This document shows, piece after piece, positions 1 to 9,084 of a stretch of 10,052 bases of DNA. The notes beneath the pieces are model-generated. The model was not told where the DNA came from, searched no databases, and saw only the letters and a program-made list of their open reading frames with translations. Made by a program: the position numbers and the translations under genes. The number at the start of each line of letters is the position of its first letter. Position 1 is the first letter of the stretch. Source of the stretch: Octopus sinensis (Eukaryota); NCBI RefSeq assembly GCF_006345805.1, contig NW_021827660.1, positions 1 to 10,052 of the forward strand. Reading direction: 5' to 3'.

Positions 1-10
1 TATATATATA

Positions 11-211
11 TCGCCATGTTGATTCGCTAGCCTCTGCACGCATTTTTTTCTCTCCTTGTTTCTTTCTGTGTTTCTTTTCTGCGTATCTTTCTGTTGAAGA
101 GCGTAGGCTCGAAACGTAAAAGACTTGTTTTATTTATATTCCTGAGCGCCATGCTAATACAATTGTTTGGTTGTGTATTCCACCTGCTTCGTCTTTTGTT
201 ATTTTCCATAA
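11..211 (+). mobile_element. Short (TA)n-flanked unit carrying a hammerhead motif; probable Penelope-like element (PLE) terminal repeat or non-autonomous derivative
   Basis: Complex sequence sharply bounded by TA runs (1-10 and from 212). Contains a minimal hammerhead fold at 86-123. Minimal hammerheads are an established feature of PLE terminal repeats. No RT or GIY-YIG coding sequence is visible. Confidence 0.5.
86..123 (+). ncRNA. Minimal type I hammerhead ribozyme motif (variant core)
   Basis: TCTTT(86-90) CTGTTGA(91-97) A GAGC-gtag-GCTC(99-110) GAAA(111-114) CGTA(115-118) AAAGA(119-123). Helix I is UCUUU/AAAGA; helix II is 4 bp with a tetraloop; helix III is the loopless palindrome ACGU; predicted cleavage triplet GUA, cutting after 118. 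A6 is replaced by U. Confidence 0.6.
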
Positions 212-280
212 AGCTTCCTGTTATATATATATATATGTATGTATGTATATATATATATGAATATATATCTATATTATAGA
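212..280. repeat. (TA)n/(TATG)n microsatellite
   Basis: Direct reading. Confidence 0.9.
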
Positions 281-377
281 TATGTTTTCCTTCTCGATTT
301 TGTTCTGCTTTTGTAGTTGTTATTATTTTGACAACATATAAAATCTAATTACCTAAGCTAAGAATGAATAAAAAAGC

Positions 378-444
378 ATTATTATTATCATTATTATTGT
401 CATCATCACTATTATTATTAAAACTACTACTACTACTACTACTT

Positions 445-531
<87 letters not shown>

Positions 532-566
532 ACCACTACTACTACTATTATTATTATTATTATTAT
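378..566. repeat. Compound trinucleotide microsatellite (TTA/TCA)-(CTA)n-(CCA)-(CTA)-(TTA)n
   Basis: Direct reading; explains the poly-L/Y/H/T/I ORF at 364-594. Confidence 0.95.
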
Positions 567-1134
567 ATTTGGATACACACATACACGCACGTGAAATATG
601 TTCACTATTCACGACATATACGAACGTGTGTTTTTCTTGCAACTCCCGGTAATAAACTTTCATTACAGTGTTATTTGAATACATAGCGTTTGCACTGAAA
701 AGGGTAACGACCTGGGTAATGTGAACACTAATGAGAAGGAAATAATTATTTTCAAAATGGTATTCAACAATGTTATGAAAACAATGAAAACGTCTTTTGT
801 TGTTTAGCGTATTTTAAATATTTGTTATTAAATTAGTATTTTTTGTATGAGAAATATAATTATATCATTATATAAATAGTAACTGAAATCACATACACAT
901 TATATAAGTAACTTATTTAAAATCTATGGGCATTTGAGTCTTCGAAGACATCAGAGGCAAAAAGAAAGACAGACACAGATGTACACATCTACACACTGAT
1001 ACACTTACACATGTTAACAGACACGAACGCACTAACGCACGAATTACATTTATACGAAACGAATTATGCTGAACCTTCGTAACTTTACTTTTTGCTACAT
1101 GTTTAAAATATTATATATGTACGAGCTTAAATAC

Positions 1135-1208
1135 ATATGAAACGTATGTATGTATATATATATTATTAATATATATTATATTGAATATACATATATATAA
1201 AATGCATA

Positions 1209-1241
<33 letters not shown>

Positions 1242-1585
1242 ATATATTATATAATATATATATATATATATTATATATATATATATATAGTATATATTTA
1301 TATTATATATATATATATATTATACATGTATATATTATATTATATATTAGATATATTGTATATATACATTTGTGAATGTATATACAGATATATATATATA
1401 TATATATATATAAAACTATACGCCAGAAAAATCCAAATACAGTTTTATGTTTTATTCATACATACATACTTACCATATACATATATATATATATAATATT
1501 ATATATATATATATATATATCTATATATATATTATAATCTATATATATATATATAATATATATATATCAATATATATATACTTGT
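1135..1585. repeat. Two degenerate (TA)n tracts (~1135-1415 and ~1460-1585)
   Basis: Direct reading; TA runs interrupted by TT/AA slips. Confidence 0.9.
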
Positions 1586-2098
1586 ATCTCGCTATAAGTG
1601 CACACACACGTATGCCACATTCAAAGAAATGAAAGGAAACACGACGACTAGGAAACATAACTGTACTTGAAATATTGAATACGTTGACTAAAATTGTTTT
1701 CAACGATTGCTGAAACGTCAGTAATTATGAGCGCGTGTTTGTGTGTGTATGACCCGATTATGGGCTTGACAGGCAAGGAGCGGGTTTTATGACAAATTTA
1801 TTTATATTTATACAACACGAAGAAGTATAAACGAACATCGATCAATGGAGATCAGTAAACATTCCTCTAAAAGTTGTACATATATTGTTTGATAGTGTGC
1901 ACTATTGATGTGGGATAGTTCAGCAGGTAGAAGAAGGTCATCACAGGTTATCAAAACCTTAAAACTGAAGCTGAAAAAAGTCCTGCAGAAATCCCTTACA
2001 TCTGTTTCAAAAATAGTTGTGTAATTGGTGCAGTTGTTTGTAAGCTGTCTTCCTTTATCATCTTAATAGGAGCCTATTCCATGATCAGAGGGAAAGTG

Positions 2099-2411
2099 TT
2101 CTTTCTCTTCTCTCTGCCTTCTCTACTGCTGCACCGAAAAAAATTTCTTTTCTTCTGAGCTTGTTGGTCACGTGACACACTGACTTATGCACTCCTTTCT
2201 CAGGCCATTCTTCTCTCTTCATTACCTAAATTGTATCTAACTTTCAAACCTCGCCTTAAATTCTATCAACCCTTTCTTCCCAGAATCTCGGTCCTTTGTA
2301 ACATCTCACTTGCCCTACTGCAGCAACGGCGGCAGCCAGCCTGCAACTGTTCAGGTAAAAAGGTTTTATCTCACCGGTATCTAAACCATGGCAAGGTACT
2401 TATCAGGTACT
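2099..2411 (+). promoter_or_regulatory. Candidate promoter / first exon
   Basis: Palindromic E-box GTCACGTGAC (2167-2176); CT-rich tracts (2099-2125, ~2205-2222); GC-richer segment CAGCAACGGCGGCAGCCAGCC (~2321-2341); Kozak-like AAACCATGG (ATG 2388-2390); donor-like sites CAG|GTAAAA (GT 2355), AAG|GTACTT (GT 2396), CAG|GTACTT (GT 2407). Motif evidence only. Confidence 0.3.
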
Positions 2412-2553
2412 TGTCTCATTTCTAAAAACAAAATATATGGAATATAAAACATGTGCAATTAGTAATGCATTATCCAATTACTTTTGTCCATTGCAGACCA
2501 TGTGTGCAAATGTGCACTCACATCACACAGCGCACAAATACGAAAATTAGTAA

Positions 2554-2850
<297 letters not shown>

Positions 2851-3139
2851 AACACATATAGCAGGTTATCTGTAGTGCAGATTTGTATATTAAGCTTTTT
2901 GCAGACACTACATAGTATATAAAATAATATATTTTATAAAATGAAAAGAAAGCACTTTGTGTTCATATGTAACGTATATGTACAAAGAAAGATGGGAAAA
3001 GCAAGTTTAATCTTGATTTGTGAATTCATCAGGTGTTACGTAGCCCTTTTCAACTGTCCATCGAGATGCATTATTACTAGGCATTAAGCTATATCAGGAC
3101 AACCAGTTATGATATAGGATGCATACATATATTTATGAT

Positions 3140-3290
3140 ACACACACACGCGCACTCACATACATAGTTAACATACACACCACGCACACACACACGCACA
3201 CACACACACACACACCACAAACACACCACACACACACAACATATATAATATATATATAGTATATATAGATATATATAATATATATATTTA
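3140..3290. repeat. (CA)n followed by (TA)n microsatellite
   Basis: Direct reading. Confidence 0.9.
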
Positions 3291-3344
3291 TAAGAGAACT
3301 AGGTGTACGTTACGCCGCACTAATTTATGTATAAAAATATATAT

Positions 3345-3462
3345 AAATATACAAAATGGGACCAGAATGCAAACATTCAAATAGACGACACAAAAAACGA
3401 CGGGTCATTCGAAGCCTCTAATCTTCAGTCAAGAACCGGATCATCCTCGCAATTTCGGCTGA

Positions 3463-3466
<4 letters not shown>
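3345..3466. mobile_element. Fragment of an unclassified dispersed repeat flanked by TA-rich sequence
   Basis: Complex CpG-containing island between TA tracts; resembles an octopus interspersed repeat as I recall it, unverified. Confidence 0.3.
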
Positions 3467-3503
<37 letters not shown>

Positions 3504-3540
3504 TATATATATATAATATATATATGCGTGTGTGTATGTC
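3467..3540. repeat. (TA)n/(TG)n microsatellite
   Basis: Direct reading. Confidence 0.9.
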
Positions 3541-3543
3541 TGT

Positions 3544-3918
3544 CTAAAGAAAGTTAGCTGTCAAAACTTGGGAGTTGTTGACTGAGATGGATCCAGGTAT
3601 AGGTGACGTGTCTGGTATCCCCTGAAAAAGTTGTCCAGCTTTTGTTTGAACGTGATAGGATCTTTTTCTTCTTTGGTCTGTTTCGGGATAATGCTAAATA
3701 GAGCAGACGCCTGTTGAGGAAAAGTTGTGTTGTAGCGAAATTATGTGTTGTGAGCCTGAATTGTGTAGCGTTCGTAGGACACGTGGCCTTAGCCTTGGAT
3801 GACTTCTAAATCTAATGTTATGGTTGGTTGGGCAATGCTGGTGGTATATTCACCATAGTGTGTGAAATATGTAGCGCTCGCAGCGGCACTGGAGAGAATT
3901 AAAATTCAATTTTAGAAT
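3544..3918 (-). mobile_element. Degenerate 3' end of ORF2 of a CR1-group (CR1/L2/Crack-like) LINE
   Basis: Minus-strand translation across one stop and two frameshifts: LKLNFNSLQCRCERYIFHTLW*IYHQHCP..FRSHPRLRPR..LQHNFSSTG / ALFSIIPKQTKEEKDPITFKQKLDNFF / GIPDTSPIPGSISVNNS. This follows the post-RT pattern SLxRRRERY..WKI..HPRLG..GPxLFNxxP..FKxKLDxFL..IPDxP..NS. Confidence 0.8.
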
Positions 3919-3929
3919 ATGTGTATCAT

Positions 3930-3999
3930 ATAAATATATAAAAGATGTTTTTATGTATATATGCATATTATCTTTATATATATATATATATAATGTATA

Positions 4000-4058
<59 letters not shown>

Positions 4059-4278
4059 GTACAGACACACATACACATATATTAATGTCGTATGTGTGCA
4101 TGAAATACGTATGTATCTTTCTATTTGTAACACATATATACATGTATATGTATACACACCCATACACCATACACCATACATACCTATAGATGGCTGTATT
4201 ATGTGCATGTGGATATATATATGTATATATGATACTATTGTTTAATGCATACATTTATACGCATGTCAATGACATGCG

Positions 4279-4317
<39 letters not shown>

Positions 4318-4450
4318 CTGCGTGTGTATAGATATATATATGCATACATACACACATGCACACACATACGCATGAACACCACGCACACACACACGCACAC
4401 CACGCACACACACACGCACATACCCACATACACACTAACACACACTCATA
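3930..4450. repeat. Microsatellite-rich block: (TA)n, (CCATACA)3 at 4160-4180, (CA)n
   Basis: Direct reading. Confidence 0.85.
4253..4285. repeat. Perfect inverted repeat, 16-bp arms, 1-nt spacer
   Basis: ATTTATACGCATGTCA-A-TGACATGCGTATAAAT. Confidence 0.95.
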
Positions 4451-5310
4451 CAGAAAGCCCAATTTTTTAACTGATTTCAACATTGTTTTAAATATATGCC
4501 TCTTCTCAATACATTGAATTATAAAGTCATAGTTCCTAGTCGTCTACCTTAAACGCCCATATCTTGAAAGGCATCAATTCATAGATCCTAAATTCAGTCG
4601 ATTGATTACTTCTCCAAGACCGTCATTTTACTTTCAGTTTCATTACAACATGAGCGTCAATCAGCCTTTGAACATCGACTCTTAGCCTTTGTAGATTTTT
4701 ATTTTCTAAAATTTTGATTGTTTCATTTGAAAGCGAAAGTTTTGCAGCCATTTTGCTCTAAGGCTGGTGAAGGAAATTGAGGAAGAATCTATACCTTATT
4801 AGTTGGACATGCTCCGGATGTTTACAACGGAATCGGTAGGGACCTTATGATAGCCTCTGGGTTAGCTACACCACTTATGACCAGTTACAATTTATTTTCC
4901 ACTCATTTTTCGTATCACCAGTTGAAGGCATACGTTTTTGGACGATTACAGAGCATATTGGTAGGAGACACTTAGTCAAAAGGTTACACACTGAAAACGA
5001 GCCAAGAACCACAAAATAACGATGACACATTCGTATATACTCTATCATGCAAGCACCCATAAAATGCATCTATGCAGAAGATGTTTACATTTACTCTCCT
5101 GTCATCAATTGTGCTGCACTCTATCCCCATCCAGAACCTCTTAATAACATCACAATAAACACCGAAAACATTAACAGATAGAAAAATCATTATTTTAACT
5201 CATACGGTAAAGATGAAACCGTTCGCTGAGCTACAGGTATCTCTAAGAGATACAATTTTGTCCGTTATTACAATTCTATTCACGTTTAAGATGTTTTATA
5301 GGAATATTTA

Positions 5311-5391
5311 ATCGACTTTAGTACTTGAGCGGTACTTTATTTTATCGATTCGAAAAGGATGAAACACAAGGTTAGATTTGACAGAATGTAA
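5311..5391 (-). mobile_element. Degraded central fragment of tRNA-SINE family 2
   Basis: Aligns by eye to the copy at 5446-5655: AGTACTTGA..GGTACTTTATTTTATCGA..AAAAGGATGAAA..ATTTGA..CAGAATGTAA. Confidence 0.55.
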
Positions 5392-5445
5392 AAAGATGTA
5401 ACTAAATGCTTCGAGAATATTAGGGTTCTAATAATCCTTTCGGCA

Positions 5446-5655
5446 ATAGGCTCAAGGCCTGAAATTTTGTGGGTAGGGATTAGTCAATTACAACGATTCT
5501 AGTGCTTGACTGATACTTATTTTATCAACCCCAAAAGCTTGAAAGGCAAAGTCGACTCCGGCAGAGTTTGAATTCAGAACTTAAAGACGGGCGAAATAAG
5601 GCTGAGCATTTTGTCCGGTGTAGCAACGATATACTAACGATGTTCGCCACCTTAA
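5446..5655 (-). mobile_element. tRNA-derived SINE family 2 (central domain resembles the MetaSINE domain), near full-length copy A
   Basis: Reverse complement reads AAGGTGGCG..CCGGACAAAATGC..TTCTGAATTCAAAC (B-box-like)..GTCGACTTTGCCTTTCA..GGGGTTGATAAAATAAGTATCAG..AATTTCAGGCCTTGAGCCTAT. Collinear with 8686-8886, sharing AGGC(T/A)CAAGGCCTGAAATT. Domain name is from memory. Confidence 0.8.
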
Positions 5656-5829
5656 ATTATTCTAATAATCTAACGCCTTTATGCACGGTAGCTTGCGACA
5701 TTGTTCTGCGTACCTTTGGTGGGGGTGGGTGGATTAATCTCTTTAGTAATGTCCCAACAGCCCAGTAGATCATCTGACTTACAACAACACAATGAGATTA
5801 TAAATATTGTAGAAGAAAAAAAATGAATT

Positions 5830-6240
5830 AGGTGTGGCTGTGTGGTAAGTAGCTTGCATACTAACCACCTGGTTCTGGGTTCAGTCCCACTTCGTGGTAG
5901 CTTGGGAAAGTGTCTTCTACTATAGCCTTGGGCCGACCAAATCCTTATGAGTGGGTTTGGTAGACGGAAACTGAAAGAAGTCTGTCGTATATATATATGT
6001 GCGTGTGTGTATGTGTGTGTTGGCGTTTGTGCGTCTGTGATCGGCCCCACCATCATCACATGACAACCTGTGTTGTGGCGTTTACGTTCCCGTAACATAG
6101 CGGCTCGGCAAAGAGATCGATGGAATAAGTACTGAGCTTACAAAGAGTAAGTCCTGAGGTGGGATCCATTTGTTCGTCTAAAAGGCGGTGCTCTAGCATG
6201 GCCGCAGTCAAATGACATAAACAAATAAAAGAATAAAAGA
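5830..6240 (+). mobile_element. tRNA-derived CORE-type octopus SINE, full length, with an internal TA/TG microsatellite
   Basis: A-box-like TGGCTGTGTGG (5835-5845); B-box-like GGTTCAGTCCC (5878-5888); CORE-like CTTGGGAAAGTGTCTT; internal microsatellite ~5988-6025; A-rich tail AAATAAAAGAATAAAAGA ending at 6240. Confidence 0.85.
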
Positions 6241-6519
6241 AAATAGCTTAGAAGTGTATTTCTAATATATGGAATATGCACATACGAAATAGGAATACAC
6301 TCAGTACACAATACACACGCGGACACACATACACAGTCACACTGCCAGCAACATATATGCATAAATAATCTTTTAGTAGTATACCTTTATATATACACCC
6401 CGCATACATGTAAATAATCGATATTTATGTATTAGTCGCATGCATTATTGTTCGTACATATGCATACTATCCATATTTATACAATTAGTTGCAATCTTTG
6501 CATACCCAACTAACCCCCC

Positions 6520-6580
6520 TCTCTCTCAATATATATATATATATACATACATATGTGTGTGTGAGTGTGTGTGAGTATGC
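6520..6580. repeat. (CT)/(TA)/(TG) compound microsatellite
   Basis: Direct reading. Confidence 0.8.
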
Positions 6581-6904
6581 ATTGTAGGTTCACAAATTTC
6601 TTACAATTCAGGGCGGAAAGAGCGACAACTTTCAGTTTCAAATCCTGGTCGATGCCCATAATATTTCCAGAGTTTGCTTTTGCACTATCCGTTATAAACA
6701 GGTCTGAAGATATCCGGAGTTTGGTTTATACGTGAAACAAAAGGGAATATCTCTTCCTTCCTGGATTGTAATATAATTTTTATCATGATTAATCTGCCTC
6801 TAAATTCCCAGTGGAAAAAAAAGCATTTTATATTTGAACTTATCAACCCAGGCTCTCTCTAATTCTCCTCTTTCTCGTTTTCTCTTTCTTTTAATCTATC
6901 TTTC

Positions 6905-6923
6905 TTTGTGTGTGTATATTATA

Positions 6924-6971
<48 letters not shown>

Positions 6972-7465
6972 CTCTATGCGTATATATATATATATAAATC
7001 TCTATGCGTATATATATATATATATATATATAGATATATAATGTATATATATATAATCTATATATATGTGTGTGTATTGTATACATTATTATATTACAAA
7101 TACAAAAATTGTTTTATATGTGCATATGTATATATATATATATAAATCTCTTTATATATTTGTATATATACATATATAAATATATATATATATACATATG
7201 CACATCTCTCTATATGTGTGTATGTGTATATGTATATATATATATATATATCTATCCATATATATGTGTATATATGTATATATATGTGTGTGCATATAAC
7301 TTATATGTATAATCACATATACTATAGATACTACATACACGCACATACAAATATATTCACATACAAATATGCATGCATATGTATGTGTATGTATATATAT
7401 ATATACACATATACAAATATATTTATATAATGCTTATGTGTGTGTGTGTGTGTGTGTGTATGTAC
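6905..7465. repeat. Long degenerate TA/TG/CA microsatellite block containing a 28-bp tandem duplication
   Basis: AAATCTCTATGCG at 6968-6980 and 6996-7008; (TG)n at ~7437-7459. Confidence 0.9.
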
Positions 7466-7649
7466 TATGTAAATAATCCATGATTATACAATTGGTAGCA
7501 TACTCGCCTGTAAAAGTGTAAATAAACAGTATTTGTACTATTCTATACATTGTATGGATGTATATTTATATAGCTAATATTTTTCAGGGAGATTAAGTGC
7601 CAGAAATGTTAGGGTGTCGAATTAAATGATCCGAAGACTCGATATTTCT

Positions 7650-7721
7650 CTTTCGTCATTCCGATGATCGATAAAATGCATACCAGTAATATACTACTTC
7701 AGTTCAATGGACATTACGACT
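7650..7721 (+). mobile_element. Highly degraded central fragment of SINE family 2
   Basis: CTTTCGTCATTCCGATGATCGATAAAATGCATACCAGT resembles CCTTTCA..GGGGTTGATAAAATAAGTATCAGT of copy A. Confidence 0.4.
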
Positions 7722-7737
7722 ACTCATCTGCTCTACT

Positions 7738-7975
7738 TTATATATACATATATATATACCTACAGAAACGCACTGACACACATATACATGCATACATGTA
7801 TGCATCTATTTTTATGTGAATATGTGTGTGTATTGTGTTCTAGTGTGCGTTTTGTCTGTATGTGAGAATATACGAGTGTGTGTCTATGTATTGTCTGTAT
7901 ATGTGTATATATGTGTGTGTTCGTGCGTGTATATACATATACGTGTAAAGCTGTACGTGTGTATGCGTGAGTAAA
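7738..7975. repeat. Degenerate TA/CA then TG-rich simple repeats
   Basis: Direct reading. Confidence 0.75.
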
Positions 7976-8279
7976 TAGTCCATATTTAGATTAGAAGTTT
8001 GATCTAAACATATACAATCGTTGAAACCTAGCTCAGTATTTGTATATGCTGCACATATTTGTATAATACATATTTAGAAAAGTAACTTAACAAACACAAC
8101 TATCCAGATGGGAAGTGTTAGACATTTAAAATAACTTACGTTTCAGCATAAATTTATTCACAATTTTGCTTCATTAAGTTTGTCAGAGTAGGAGGGAGCA
8201 GAAATCATGATAATTATGCATGTTTTTATTGGTTGGTGAGAAAATATTTATAAACAGTGCAGAACGGGCCAAGTTAAGT

Positions 8280-8640
8280 GCATGTCAGAATTAGTTGCGT
8301 ATCGAACAAAATAAATGTTGCTATTTGGTGAAGCCCCTTTGCTGTTTGAGTTCAAATCCAGCTCATGTCTTCTTTACTTTTCATCCACCTGCAGTTGATA
8401 AGTTGAGCTTACGAAGATACACCTTTATGTAGAAAAAGCAGTTGAATCACCTTTAAAATTAAAACACCACACTTCCTTAAAAAAGTGAAGGACACTAAAA
8501 ATGGATGGTGCAAATCAGAATATATTATGCTCGAAAATAAAACAGGGTGGCTACGGTAGGAAAGCTTTTGATCGTAGGGTTATTTATTGAATCAGAATTG
8601 ACCTGGAGCCAATCAAGCACAACAAAAGAAAGAAGGATCA
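8280..8640 (+). mobile_element. Degraded SINE family 2-related copy with a longer 3' tail
   Basis: TCGAACAAA (8302), B-box-like TGAGTTCAAAT (8347-8357), GTCTTCTT (8367), TTTCATCC, collinear with the reverse complement of 8686-8886; tail ends in a CAACAAAAG-type sequence. Confidence 0.55.
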
Positions 8641-8685
8641 AACATGGGTTGTCTCATCGATAACATTTTTGTTTTTTTCTCTACT

Positions 8686-8886
8686 ATAGGCACAAGGCCT
8701 GAAATTGTGGGGAGGGTGCCAATATTATATTGAACCCGGTGTTCAACTGGAACTTATTCTATTGACATCAAAATGCTGAAAGGCTAAGAAGACCAAGGCA
8801 AAATTTGAACTCAGAACGTAAAACCGGAAGAAACGCGACTAAGGAATTTGTTCGACGTGCTAATGCCTCTGCCTGCTCGTCACCTT
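8686..8886 (-). mobile_element. tRNA-derived SINE family 2, copy B
   Basis: Collinear with 5446-5655 end to end; B-box-like TCTGAGTTCAAAT on the minus strand (8803-8815). Confidence 0.8.
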
Positions 8887-9084
8887 CTTGGTTATAAGAG
8901 TAGTTTGATATTATGAGGACATTACCACTGTGTTGTTTATTAACAATTCTAGCCCCTTAGATCTTGTCAGCTCAGCTGTTTCTCTTTCGTTTTTAATTCA
9001 TATTATTTATCTGGTTCTTAGGCAATCCTGCCACCACTAGATCATTACACTTTGGAATTCTCTTCAAATACGTTTTTCCTGTAG

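Noticed and set aside
94-110. Alternative hammerhead register UUGAAGA-G (C3U variant)
   Set aside because: This register breaks helix I and helix II; the CUGUUGA register keeps both intact.
938-990. Small palindromes GTCTTCGAAGAC (938-949) and AGATGT-AC-ACATCT (977-990)
   Set aside because: Too short to distinguish from chance, with no supporting context.
4745-4755. YY1-like motif CAGCCATTTTG
   Set aside because: Isolated short motif with no other promoter evidence.
4875-5190. Overlapping minus-strand ORFs with a faint likeness to LINE RT C-terminal motifs
   Set aside because: No convincing motif such as RWxGHV or YADD; cannot be assigned without a search.
5718-5732. G-rich run GGTGGGGGTGGGTGG as a G-quadruplex
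   Set aside because: At best a two-tier structure; no functional context.
6704-6738. CTGAAGA...GAAAC hammerhead-like words
   Set aside because: Helix II does not close next to the core, and there is no matching helix I or cleavage triplet.
7788-7805. 18-bp palindrome ATGCATACATGTATGCAT, and the 22-bp (TG)5-TA-(CA)5 palindrome at 9291-9312
   Set aside because: Expected by-products of alternating purine-pyrimidine simple repeats.
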